From the human T2T-CHM13v2.0 reference genome, Homo sapiens, in assembly GCF_009914755.1 (NCBI RefSeq), contig NC_060929.1: a stretch of 64,000 nucleotides of DNA, one strand, 5' to 3'. The stretch's first letter is position 1, and every line of letters begins with the position of its first letter. Below the pieces are notes generated by a model. It saw nothing but the letters and a program-made list of their open reading frames with translations, did not search any database and had not been told where the DNA came from. Shown in pieces: positions 1 to 15,430 of the stretch. The position numbers and the translations under genes were made by a program.

Positions 1-1034
1 CTAACATGTCTATTGGATATAGCTGCAGTTTCAAGATTCATTTCTATATGATATGACTGCATTGCTTGGATTGTTAACACATTTAACACATTAGTAGTAC
101 CTTCTGGACAAATGATTACAAGATTTATGTGACGATATAATTATTTCTTTGCATATTAATCATCATTTTAGAGGTTTGGAGAACCCGGAAAAACGGACAC
201 AGATGTGACCAGGCAGTGAGCAGTAATACCAGTGATTGCAAAGGCAGATACATGACCCTAGTAAGCTGGCTTTGGAAAATTAAAGGACTCCAGTCCCACT
301 CAGGGACATTGTGGATCGATAGAGCTGGGATAGGGCCCGAAGTACCTGTACTGTTAAAAACTCCTGAGGTAATAAGTCTGTGCAGCTAGTGGGGAATTAT
401 TACCCCATGGAGCAAGAGATGAACTTAATGTCATTGTTTATGATCAGGGATATGAGATATTTATGGGAAAGATCTTTCCTGAAAGAAAACAAAATAAAGT
501 TGTCTGGGAAAAAAATGACTTTTTAATGTTCTATATAAAAGCAAAAATAAAAGCCCATCTCCTTTCCCTCAATCTCACCACTTTCTCTACCACCTAATCA
601 AGGGAACCCATTCTAAATAGAAAATACTGTTTAATATTTGTTGATTTGTTGTCTATATTATATACCATAGCAGATATGCTATAGTATTTTAAAATTTTGT
701 AGTGAACAGGGTAATACAAATGTGAGAATTACACATTCTTTGGTAATTATAACTTATACATCAACACAAATTTTTTTTAAGTGATTCAGATGCTTTTCTG
801 GAGAACAGGATTTAGACATTAATTGTCTAAATCACTACATTAACTTTTCAGAACCATCTGAGTAGAATTTTTGTGAAATGAATTTAGCTAAATTTAGAAA
901 AAACAGTAAAATATTTTTGGAATGCTGTCATCACTGGTTCCTGACAAACAAACACAATAGCATCACCAGCCATCTCTCAAAGCTTTGAGTATAGGTCCTC
1001 TTTTTTATGCCCCAACTTCTAAATCTTTTATTTC

Positions 1035-1062
1035 TCTAATGTGACCCTAGGGTCACATTAGA
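1035..1062. repeat. Perfect 28-bp palindrome TCTAATGTGACCCTAGGGTCACATTAGA
   Basis: The sequence equals its own reverse complement (14-bp arms, no spacer); checked base by base. Confidence 0.97.
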
Positions 1063-1255
1063 TCAATAGATTCCACTCATAGTTTGATACTCACATTCTA
1101 TACATGCCTCTAATCAGTATCCTGTTTTTAGGAGTTATTTATTTTTCTTTTTGTTTATAAATGCTTGTAAACATTTTGTCAGATGTGCCAAGTTTTTCTG
1201 CTGTATACTCATGACAGACTTTTTACCAATTGTTTACTGTATCGTCTGTAAGTAT

Positions 1256-1528
1256 TAAGCCATGTTTTAAAAATGTGTGCTTTCATAAGCTTGTGAATTT
1301 TATTCTTGTAAAAACTTATAAAACTGATATACAAATAGAGAATACAGTTTGATGCTCTGGAGAGAGGTCCTTGATATGCAAAGGTTAAGGCATGTGCATT
1401 GCTTTAGTTTTTGCAGTGATGGGGTCTCAGGGTTTTCCCCTCAAAACAGAATCTGTATACTTGAAATGGAGAAACTGGAGTGAGAATTTGGCTACCACAT
1501 GTAATACGCACAGATGCAGTGTGTTTAT
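1256..1528 (+). repeat. Donor copy of a local dispersed duplication (1256-1415 and 1511-1528 recur at 3130-3307)
   Basis: Direct comparison by eye gives about 7 mismatches over 178 aligned bases. Confidence 0.95.
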
Positions 1529-1870
1529 TTAATAAAGATTTACTGTCTTGGAAGAGATAATGAAATAAAACTCATGGTCCCTGAACTCAAAAACTTACAG
1601 GTTGGATGAAGGGACAAACACATGAGAAGATGTCCATTAAACAGAAGACTCTTTTAAGAGATGATAAGAACAAAACATCACCCCACAAAGAAGCAGCAGA
1701 AAAATGCCACGGTGTCCTGTCATGTTCCGGAGTGATCAAGGCAGGGTTCATAAAAGGCATGAGAATAAAGCTGGGATTTGAAGAGTGGGTGACAATTTGC
1801 CAGTCAGAGGTAGAAAATAATACATGCCAGTTAAGTATTTGAAAACAAGGGACCTGGCTGGGAACATCTG
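1524..1870 (-). mobile_element. Degenerate L2 LINE 3' fragment
   Basis: Motifs such as 'catggtccctgaactcaaaaacttacag' and 'aagctgggatttgaagagtggg' resemble the reverse-complement L2 3' end. Confidence 0.5.
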
Positions 1871-2243
1871 AGTAAAGGGTTGATATACAGAAAATAATTG
1901 AGATAAAATTAGGGATAAAATGAAATAAGTAACATAAACTCTGCTTAAAGAAAAAGAAAAATGGAGATTGTTAGATCATAAAAGCTTGCAATTCCAAGGA
2001 TAGAATTCAATTTAGATTTGGCTTATTTGGACCATAGTAATCCTCCAGATGTGACCAGGACCTGGTTTCTCTGTTATTGTTTCTTGACACTGTGTCCCCA
2101 GGATTTGCTTCATTCCCAGATTATAAGCCTCATATCTTTCACTACCAAATGAAGAGATGAGAGCATGTGGTTGATAAATTACATAGAAGATAAATAAAAC
2201 CCTTCCTCCCAAAAGCTGCAGCAAAGATCTCTAAATGGCTTAC

Positions 2244-2347
2244 CTAGCTATCCCTGAACCAGTGATACCTGTGGATAGAGAGGATAGGGTGCATTGAGTG
2301 GCCCTGCCACTCAGTTCTATTCCTAGGTCTGGCACCATCCTAAATGG
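2244..2347 (-). other. Candidate 104-nt internal exon (unverified)
   Basis: Minus-strand acceptor attcccttcattctcattttcag|CC and donor TAG|gtaagc. Confidence 0.3.
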
Positions 2348-2599
2348 CTGAAAATGAGAATGAAGGGAATTTATCAAGAAAAAAGTAGGGTACTCTTGAT
2401 GGAGGAAAGAGGGGATAAATGGTGAAAAGACAACCGCCAAATGCCCTGCACAGGTTGATATGTTGGGCCAGATGTATAATGTAGGGACCTACGAAGCTTA
2501 AATGGTTTTCAGGGGAAACATGACCTAATGCAAGAAGAGTAATAGATAAAACATTACATGCAAGTACCCAGGATAATGCTAGGTGTATGGCCAAGTAAA

Positions 2600-2940
2600 A
2601 TTCTCATACATAATACAGTAGAAGACATATACAATAGTATTTATTGTAGCTCTACTCATAATGGCAAATCTGAAAACCATCTCAATCCCAACTAGACAAT
2701 AGTGCATTAAGTACTTTGATGTATATTCACAAAATAATACCACAGGCAAAATGAACAAAGTATAAAAACATGAAATGTATGGATAAATCTTAATAATAAA
2801 TTATTATATGAAAAATGGATTCCCAAAGATTATAAACATGATAGACTTTCTGTAAATTTAAAAACAATTAAGGTTTAAATATATATAGTTTCTTAAAGTT
2901 CTTAAAGAAGAATATGAATACAATAAAATTATAAAAAAAG
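2600..2940 (+). mobile_element. Old L1M (L1ME-like) 3' fragment
   Basis: 'agaagacatatacaatagtatttattgtagc...aaaaccatctcaatccca...gtatattcacaaaat' resembles an L1M 3' end. Confidence 0.55.
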
Positions 2941-3129
2941 TATGAGACAGGAAATAAACAAGTGAATAGGTATTATAGATGGCAATGTTTATGGTTCAGG
3001 AAAGAAAATGAATAATGTAGGATGTTAGGCCAAGCTGGAATGGGGTTATTGTGATGTTATTTTATATACAGTGGTCATTGGAGTCTTCTCTTAGAAGACG
3101 GCATTTGAGCAGAGGATGGAGGGAAGTAA

Positions 3130-3307
3130 TAAGCCATGTTTTAAAAATGTGTGCTTTTATAAGCTTGTGAATTTTATTCCTGTAAAAACTTATAAAACTA
3201 ATACACAAACAGAGCATACAGTTTGATACTCTGGAGAGAGGTCCTTGATATGCAAAGGTTAAGGCATGTGCATTGCTTTAGTTTTTGCACAGATGCAGTG
3301 TGTTTAT
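3130..3307 (+). repeat. 178-bp inserted copy of 1256-1415 plus 1511-1528
   Basis: About 96% identical to the upstream donor, lacks donor bases 1416-1510, and interrupts L2 sequence. Confidence 0.95.
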
Positions 3308-3721
3308 GAGTGAGCCATGTGGGTGATGAGAGGAAGTCTTCTGCACAGAGGGAATAGTAAATGGAAGTGCAATTGTGAATGCAGTGGGAGTGTGCTTGGT
3401 GTGTTCCAGGAACTTCAGTGAAGCCAGTATTTCTGAAGTGGAGTGAGTACAATAAATAATGGTAAGATATAAGGTCAGAACATTAGAGGAGGTTCAGATC
3501 ATGTAGGGCTATCAAAGCTGTTGTGAAGACCTGGCTATTAATCTTAGTGAGACAGGAATCCACTGGAGGTTTTTGATCAAAAGGGTGGTATATTTTTAAA
3601 GGGTTACTCTGGATGATTTGTAAAGAGAATGGAGAGATCAAGCTTAGAATGAAGGAGATCAGAGATTAGTTAGAAGGCTTTAAGTTATCTAAGAGAGGGA
3701 TGCAGGTACCTTGGAAGAGTA

Positions 3722-4330
3722 TGAGCTGGTTATCTATCACTTTGGAAAAGATTACTCCAAAACTTAGTGGCTTATAATGACAATTGTTGTATTATGTATC
3801 ACATGTTAATGGGTGAAGGACATGGGCTGGTCCCTCAGCTGGGCAATTCTGCTCCATGAGGGCCTAAGTGAGTTCATTTGGAGATACTCAGCTGATGGCT
3901 TGTCTATAGGATCCAAGACAGCTTCACATACATGCCTGGTGTCTTGACAGGGACATCTAGAAGGTCAGACTCAGGTGAGTGTCTCCCTCCATCCATATAG
4001 TCTCAGGACCTCCCAACATGGGCTTCCCTGCATGGTATCCAAACTGTTTGCATGACAGTTTGTGACTACAAGAACAAGTATCCCGAAAGACCAGAAGTGG
4101 TAGCTGTCGGTGTCTTAAGACCTAGATCTAGAAACTGGCATATTCTTTGTCTCATACTGTATTGGTCAAAGGAGTCTCTCATATTGTATTGGTCAAAGGA
4201 GTCTCTCATATTGTATTGGTCAAAGCAGTCAGACAGCCCACCCAAATTCCATGGCAGGGAATTGAAACCTCATTTCCTGATGGGAGAACTCTCAAAGAAT
4301 TTGTGGCCATATGTAACTGGCCATAGTACA
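3722..4330. mobile_element. MLT1-family (ERVL-MaLR) solo LTR nested in L2
   Basis: Typical MLT1 motifs 'ccaaaacttagtggctta', 'ggatccaagacagcttcac', 'tattggtcaaagcagtca...gaatttgtggccat'. Confidence 0.75.
4150..4230. repeat. 27-bp tandem repeat x3 (TCTCATAYTGTATTGGTCAAAGSAGTC)
   Basis: Three near-identical units; they appear as ILYWSKESL repeats in ORF 4052..4339. Confidence 0.95.
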
Positions 4331-6354
4331 AGGTTGTAAGAAGTGGTTAAATTCCAGTTGAATTTTAAGTGAACATCTTCTAAGTTTGGCTAATGAATTA
4401 GATGTAGCACTTGAGGGTAAAGGAAGAATCAGAGTTGAACTAATTTTTGTATTTCAACAACTGGAGGAACTACTGTTTATTGGGATAGGGAAAATTGTAG
4501 AAATGAAAATCAGACATTTCATTTTGTACATATTAAGTTTGAGTTGCCTGTTCCATTCCCAACGTAGATATACAAGTAGGCTGTTAGATATATAAGTCAG
4601 GAGATGAGGAAAGAGCTTTGAGCAGAGAGATATTTGTGTATAGATTGTATTTAAATTAATGGGACTACATGAGTTTCATTTAATGAGGAAAGTAGGTGGA
4701 TGAGAGATCTACTTACTGTGCCAAATGAAAATTCAAATGCTAGTAATTACAGATTCAAGAAGGAGCTAATGAAGAAATCAAGAAATAATAGGTCATGAAG
4801 TAGAAGAACCAAGGGAAAACTATATATAGGAAGCCTAGTGAAAATATTTGAAGATGTAGGGAATGGTCAAATTGGTTATCCACTGCTGATTGCATAAGAT
4901 GAGGACTGCAAATTGAATGTCATTTTGGAACGTGGAATTCATGGGTGACTTCTATAGTAGATATTGTGTTTGAGCCAGGGGATAACAAAAAGCCCAATCA
5001 GAGTGATCTCAAGACAAAATGTGAGGAGAGCAAGTGGAGAAAGCTAGTATGGACAAAATCCATAATGCATTTTTTTAGTATGCCTCTTGTCTCCCAAAAT
5101 GAAACACCAATATTCTCATTTTTGCCCTCTATTTCTGAACCAAGGCAAATGTAGGGCCATGGGCATTTGCATCAGATTAAGGTCAAATGCTAAAACTAAT
5201 GTCTGTGACTTTAAGTCTGTGAATTAAAAATGTTTACTAGAATTGTTTCTGGCCATTGTATATGTTTCTGTTTGTCTCCCTCTCACACTGTTAAATATCC
5301 AGAAAGTGTCATGACTTTGAATTCAAATTCTTGCTTTGAGATGTTTTCTTACTCTTATTTCAAAATGGCAAGAGGAATAAATTCCAGTGTTAAAACTATG
5401 AGGAAAACAAATGAACTTAAAAGCCTTTGGACTTGTACTTCTCAACTGGCCATAGTTCACACCATTATCTGTTGTCTTATTAATATGTCCTGCCTTGTTT
5501 CTGAAGGCATTTTGCATTTCAGATGCTAATTTTATTGTGGCAATGCTGCAGCTCTCTCTTGGACTAATTTAGTAAAGCTTTAGAAAGAGCACGGTGAACT
5601 TGGAGAACATTGAACCAGCTTATAGGATACCTGAGTTACAGACCTGGCTCTGTTACTCAACTGGAAGATAAATGACAACAATGATAAATAAAATGATACA
5701 TGATAAAAATAAAAACAATGCTTGTTATTTTGCATTTGTGTAATAACTGAGCTAAAGTTAGTACTCAAAATGTCTGCAGCCATGGAGAAAGAATGTTTCC
5801 TTCAATAAATAATGCCATGTCAATTGAATATATAGAATTGACCTTAATTTTTGAACCTTAGTTTATACTATCACAAACATAGTATAAAGGCGAATTTATA
5901 TGGTATGTGTATATATATAATTTGTATGATATGTGTGTATATATATATATCAAACACCATTTAGTATAGCAAAAATGGTATAAATTAATGATATAATTCT
6001 AAAAGTGAACAGAAAAACATTACAGAGTATAGAAAAAAAGAATATATTCATGATTTTGTAGTAGACAAATACAATTTCAAAAAAATACAGAAGCTCTAAC
6101 TGTAATGGAAAAACATTAATAACCTCAAAAACATCAATTGGACCAAATGAAAATAAACTAATGTTTAATCAAAAGTATCATAAAGTGAATTAAAATGCAT
6201 GGAACAGATAGGGAAAGAAATTTGTAATATCTATACTTGAGAAAGGACTTGTTTTGAGAATATAATAATTGCAACAAGTCAATAATAATAAAAGATAATC
6301 ATATACAAAAAATATACAAAAGATATGAATAGCCACTTTATAAAGGAGGATGTC

Positions 6355-6660
6355 AGCTGGGCACAGTGGCTCATACCTGTAACTCAGCACTTTGGGAGGC
6401 AGAGGCAGGTGGATTACTTGAGACCAGGAGTTCGAGACCAGCCTGGCCAACATAGCAAAACCCTGTCTCTGCTAAAAATACAAAAATTAGCCAGGCATGG
6501 TGGCATGCACCTGTAATCCCAGCTACTTGGGAGCCTGAGGCATGATAATCACTTGAACCCGAGAGGCAGAGGTTGCAGAATCAAGATCATGCCATTGCAC
6601 TCCAACCTGGGAAAGAGAGCAAGACTCTGTCTCAAAAACAAAAACAACAACGACGAAAAA
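6355..6660 (+). mobile_element. Alu (AluS/J-age), full length
   Basis: Dimeric Alu with A-rich linker and tail; degenerate TSD aggatgtc/aggatatc. Confidence 0.95.
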
Positions 6661-6954
6661 AGGATATCCAAATTAACCATAAATATATGAAACAGTACTC
6701 AATTTCATTAGTCAAAGAGAAATGCAAATTAAAACCACTTTATAATATTTGTAAACTAAAATTATTAAAAAATAGATATTGAATATTGGTGAAGACTTGC
6801 AGCAACAAGAACTCTCATACACTGTTGGTAAAAATGTAAATTGACACAACTACTTTGACAACTGTTCGAGAGTGTACTAAAGCTGAAAACAATGCAAACA
6901 TTAAAACCTAGAAATTCCATTTATAGGTACATAACAAAGGAATTTGTTCATATA

Positions 6955-7255
6955 CAGCAGTCTCCCCTTATACACAGTTTCAGTTACCCATGGTCATCCA
7001 TGGTCTAGAAATAGGTGAGTGCATTTCAATAAGGTGTTTTGAGAGAGAGAAATCACATTCATATAACTTTTATTATAGTGTTGTAGCCTTTTAATTATTA
7101 CTTATTATTGTTAATCTCAGAATATACCTTATACATTAATCTTTGTCAAAGGTATGTATGTGTAGGCAAATATAGAGAATTTATGACATTCAATATTATG
7201 CATGGTTTCAGGCACCCATTGGGGATCTTGGAACATGGATAAATGAGGACTGATG
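6955..7255. mobile_element. MER44A (Tigger7-derived non-autonomous DNA transposon)
   Basis: Begins TA|cagcagtctcccctta, contains 'gaaataggtgagt...tttgagagagaga' and 'tttcaggcacccattggggatcttggaac', ends ...ggactgatg|TA. Confidence 0.85.
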
Positions 7256-7325
7256 TATTTACCAGAAGACATGTAAAATAATGTTTATAGTAGGATTATT
7301 CAAATAATCAAAAACTGGATGTAAC

Positions 7326-7348
7326 CTTGATTACAAAACCAGACAAGG

Positions 7349-7396
<48 letters not shown>

Positions 7397-8628
7397 AAAC
7401 TACCAGCCAATATCTCTGATGAACATAGATGAAAAAAATCCTCAACAAAATACTAGCTAGCAAACTGAATACAACAGCACATCAAAAGGATTATTTATCA
7501 TGACCAAGGGGATTAATCCCAAGGATGCAAAGTTTATTCAGCATACTCAAACCAATAAACATGGTATGTCAGATCAACAAAATGAAGGCCAAAACATCAT
7601 AATTATCTCAATAGATGCAGATGAAGCATTTGAAAAAATCAACATTCTTTTATGATAAAAACTCAACAAACTATACAAGAAACACCTCAACATAATAAAG
7701 GCCATATAGACAAACACAGAGCTACCATCATACGGAATGGGGAAAAGCTGAAAAAGCTTTCTCTCTAAGATTGAGAATAAGATAAGTATCCCCACTTTTA
7801 CCACTTTTATTCAACATAGTACTGGGAGTTCTAGTCAGAGCAATCAAGCAAGAGAACAAAATGTAAAAACATTCAAATTAGCAAGGAGGAAGTCAAATTA
7901 TTCCTGTTTGTAAACACATCTATAGCCAATTGATTTTAAGCAAAGGTGCCAGGTACACACAATAGAGAAAGAAAAACCTCTGCAATAAATAGTGCTGGTA
8001 TAACTGGATATGATGCAGAAGAAGGCAGTTAGACTCTTAATCCCTCACCATATACAAAAATGAATTCAAAGTGGATTAAAGACTTAAATGGAAGACCCCT
8101 ATACTACAAAACTATAAGCATAAAGGACATGATTCCATGACATTGGTCTAGGCAAAGATTTTTTTCGATAAAACCTCAAAAGCACAGGCAACAAAAGCGA
8201 AGACAAACTAAAAATCTTCTGCCCAACAAAGAAAACAATCATCGGAGTGAAGAGATAAACTATGGACTGGGAGAATATGTTTGTAAACTCTACATCTGGT
8301 AAAGGAATATAATCCAAAATATATAAAAGACTCAAACAACTCAGTAACAACAACAACAATAACAGAAACAACATGAATGAAAACTGGACAGCAGTTCCTG
8401 AGTAGATATTTCTCAAAAGAAGATACATAAGTGACCAACAAGTATATGAAAAAATGTTCAATATCACTAATCATTAGGGAAATGCAAATTAAAACTACAA
8501 TGAGACATTACTTCATTCCAGTTAGAACGGCCACTGTCCTAAAATTAAAGATAACAGGTGTTGGTGAGGATGTGGAGTAAAGGAAACCCTTATACTCTGC
8601 TGGCGGAAATGTAAATTAGTATAGCCAG
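7326..8628 (+). mobile_element. L1M(A)-type ORF2 fragment with an internal deletion near 7910
   Basis: Clear L1 ORF2 nucleotide motifs (ccaatatctctgatgaacatagatg, ttcaacatagtactgggagttctag, gaaatgcaaattaaaactacaatgag), frameshifted. Confidence 0.9.
7351..7394. repeat. (AC)22 microsatellite within L1
   Basis: 44-bp perfect AC run. Confidence 0.98.
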
Positions 8629-9056
8629 TTGAAATCCTGAATAGAACAAAAAGGTTAACCCTATGTGTGTCACAAGGGACTCCTGCCTGGCTGCTTGAGC
8701 TGGGACAGTGGTCTTTTCCTTGAGTAGGACAGTTTGAGACCCAAACTGATATCAGATCTTCCTAAGTTTCTAGCGTCCTGGCTTTCAGACTGGAATTTAC
8801 ACCATCAAGCTCTCCTGGCTTACAGGCCTTAATACTCTGACTGGAACTCTACCATTGGCTCTCCTGGGTCTCCAGCTTGCCACCTGCAGGTCTTGAGAGT
8901 TTTCTGCCTCTATAATTGTGTGAACTAATTTCCTATAATAATTCTCTACGTGCTTTCTCTCTCTCTCTTACATATAAATATATGTATATACACATATACA
9001 CATATATATGTTTATAACATCCATTTGTTCTATTTCTCTGGAAAACTCTAATGCAA
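8629..9056 (+). mobile_element. MLT2-family (ERVL) LTR, partial
   Basis: 'cttgagctgggaca...ggctctcctgggtctccagcttgc...ttctatttctctggaaaactctaatgca', with the typical TC/TA-rich tract. Confidence 0.8.
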
Positions 9057-9779
9057 ATAGCATTTTTAAATGATTTCGTTTTCCAACGCTGAAAGATTCT
9101 TTTTTTTAAGCATGGGTGAATTTCAGGAAATGGTTAAAAATGTGTGAATAATTGCATATTCTTGTGAGTTTATACTAATATGATTCACATATATATCATG
9201 ATATAGCCAAACAAAATCAATATGTGTTCTAAGGATGTGCACTGAAATTATAACCAAGAAATTCCTAATAGCAAGGTTTTTGTATTTTATCTGACATGTC
9301 CTTGTTTAAAGCCTTGCAACATTTATATTGAGAAGTCACTTGCATATGACTTGGCAAATGTTGTAAATTCAGAAAAATGTAGAAAGTAGAGAGAGACTGT
9401 TTTATTGAGGTTTAGAGAATGATCTTGGTGCACCCATCACGCCCACAGACAATAATTTGACTGGCATACTAGTTCAGTTTTGAGGAAACCAAATAGGGGC
9501 AAAGGAATAATACCAATGTTCATTGGGTGGATTTCTTCTTTTTTGTAACATGGACACCTTCCTGATATTTTCAGGGAACACCATTTCACAAACACTACCT
9601 CTTAGGAGTTTGGCAAATCTTTTTGCACAAGTCAATGCCACAGGAAAGAACACAAATGTTTACTTTGGGTAGGTAACGTTTGGTGTGCCTTCTTCTATTA
9701 ACAAGACTGTATTTCTCTGAAATTAGGTAAAGGAGGACACAGTAGGACAAATGACAGGCAAAATATTACATAGTAACAG

Positions 9780-10015
9780 ATCTCATTTATTGAATGATGA
9801 ACTCTGTAGCAGGGACAGTACTAAAAGCTTTCTTTCGATTATTCATTTAATTTTCCCAGCAACTGGGGATGGAGATGCTACTAGTATATTAATTTTTACA
9901 GATTTGGAAACCTATGAGGTTACTAACTTACTTAAGTTCACACTGATAGAAAGTGGCTGGGATGTGTTTAAACTAGCACTTTCGGAATCCAGAGATCAGA
10001 CTCAAGTGGTATGCT
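9780..10015 (-). mobile_element. MIR SINE
   Basis: Core 'ttttacagatttggaaacc...gaggttactaacttacttaagttcacactg'. Confidence 0.7.
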
Positions 10016-10309
10016 AACTTATGAGTGGAAAAAATAAATATAATGAAAAGAAAGAGAAAGCAAGGATAAGAAAAAGAATTAATTTAAAAATACCTTCCAT
10101 TAGAAAACATTTGGAAAAATAACAGAAAATAGAAAAGAAACAGATCAGTTACTTACCCCAAATCCAAGGAAACCTTTTAAAGCAGTTTTTCCCCAGTTAA
10201 TATGCTGTGCATAAATTTGCTTGATTGTGGTTTTATTGTCCTACTACAAATACTCTTGCTATCTTATTTCCTCACTAATAATAATACCTTAATTTTCTGA
10301 GTTACTATA

Positions 10310-14006
<3,697 letters not shown>

Positions 14007-14014
14007 ATTTCAAA

Positions 14015-14505
14015 AGAAATTATATAAAAAGGACACCTGCAATGGTATGTTTATCGCAGCACAATTCACAATACTGAAGTCATGTAACCAACCTAAGTAT
14101 ACATCAACAGTTGACTGGATAGAGAAAATGTGGTATATATAAAACACAGGATACTATGCAGCAATAAAAACGATGAAATCACCTTCTTTCAGCAACATGC
14201 CTGGAGCTGGAGATCATTATCCTAAGAGAACTAACTCAGAAACAGAAAATGAAATACTGCATGTTCTTACTTATAAGTGGGAGCTAAAGAATGGGTAGAC
14301 ATGGATATAAAGTTGGAAATATAGAAAGTGGAATCTCTAAAAAGGGCATAAGGAGGGGAGTGAGGGTTGGAGGAATATTTATTGAATATAATGTTCAATA
14401 TTTGGGTGAAAGGTACACTAGAAACCTAATTCGAACCATTATGCAATATACCTGTGTAACAAACATGACATGTACCCCTGAATCTAAAATAAAATAAATT
14501 AAAAT
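14015..14505 (+). mobile_element. L1PB-type 3' end fragment
   Basis: 'gacacctgc...gtttatcgcagcacaattcacaata...ttataagtgggagctaa...tacccctgaatctaaaataaaataaa'. Confidence 0.85.
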
Positions 14506-14892
14506 TTATATACTCTTATTTTTTTTAAAAAAATAGAATAAGGAAATAAATTTTAAGAACCAAAGCAAAACAAATAACAAAAGCAATAAACTATGCTCTT
14601 TGACTTATGCTAGAGAAAATATAGTTACAAATAGATAAAGAAATATTGTTAAGGACTTTAAAAACAATCTGGAGGCTTTTACCAAACAGGAATTTGGTAT
14701 AGTATTTTCTGAACGATTTTTTAAAAATTTCTTTCGTAATAGTAATATTTAATGTGGGAGTGTGAAGTTCAGAGTGGTTATTTTCAAATAGTCTGTCAAT
14801 AAGAAATTGCCCAGAGTATGGGAGGTCTCAGACCACCTGAAGTCTAGCTATAAATTGGTATTTCCAAGGCTTGGCAGTTTGCCAGATCTACA

Positions 14893-15351
14893 TTGATTAT
14901 TTATTGGTGCATAATAAATCATTCTAAAGCAAGGTGGCTTGAAACAGCAATAATCACCTATAATCTCTAACAGTTTGTGTGGGTCTCAGCTGGAAGTCTC
15001 AAATATTGAAGGTTGAAATTATCTATACTGTCATTCTCTCACAGATCTGATGGTGGGGCCCTGCTGTGGCTTTTAATTGGAAGGCCCATGTGGGGCATCT
15101 TCATATTGCCTGGGCTACCTTACAATATGGTGGCTGTGTTCCAAGAGCAACTGTCTCAAATTAGAGGGTCAGCCAAGCTAAAGTCATTTTGTCCTTTACA
15201 CACTAGCCTCAGAAGTCATGTAACATTTCTTCCACTGTATCGTATTGGTAGAGGCAGTTACAAAGGTCCAGCCAGATTTAAGAAGGGAGCATAGATTTCA
15301 CATTTCACTGGAGGATTTTCAGTGTCACATTTTAATGGGTAATACAAAATA

Positions 15352-15387
<36 letters not shown>

Positions 15388-15430
15388 AAGTAATCCATGT
15401 CACCATGCTTGGAGAATATAACCTGTTCTT
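14893..15430. mobile_element. MLT1-family (MLT1G/H-like) solo LTR
   Basis: 'ggtggcttgaaacagcaataatca', 'ctagcctcagaagtca', 'tattggtagaggcagttacaaagg'. Confidence 0.7.
15353..15386. repeat. (TG)17 microsatellite
   Basis: 34-bp perfect TG run. Confidence 0.98.

Larger units (their letters stand above)
2945..5060 (-). mobile_element. L2 LINE (L2a-like), interrupted by a templated insertion and an MLT1 LTR
   Basis: Long collinear resemblance to the reverse-complement L2 consensus, e.g. 'ggcatttgagcagag', 'agatcatgtagggc', 'ttaagtttgagttgcctg...caagtaggctgttagatatataagtcaggag'. Confidence 0.85.
5785..7325 (+). mobile_element. Old L1M ORF2 3' region, interrupted by an Alu and MER44A
   Basis: L1 motifs 'gagaaatgcaaattaaaaccac', 'aagaactctcatacactgttggtaaaaatgtaaattg', 'agacatgtaaaataatgtttatag'. 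Confidence 0.75.

Noticed and set aside
1416-1513. The segment missing from the duplicated copy as a spliced intron (retrocopy origin)
   Set aside because: It starts with GT, but the copy retains CAG at the junction, so the removed piece ends in GCA rather than AG. Microhomology explains it better, and there is no poly(A) or TSD.
200-2059. 14-bp direct repeat CAGATGTGACCAGG at 200-213 and 2046-2059
   Set aside because: Several 14-mer matches are expected by chance in 64 kb, and there is no extension.
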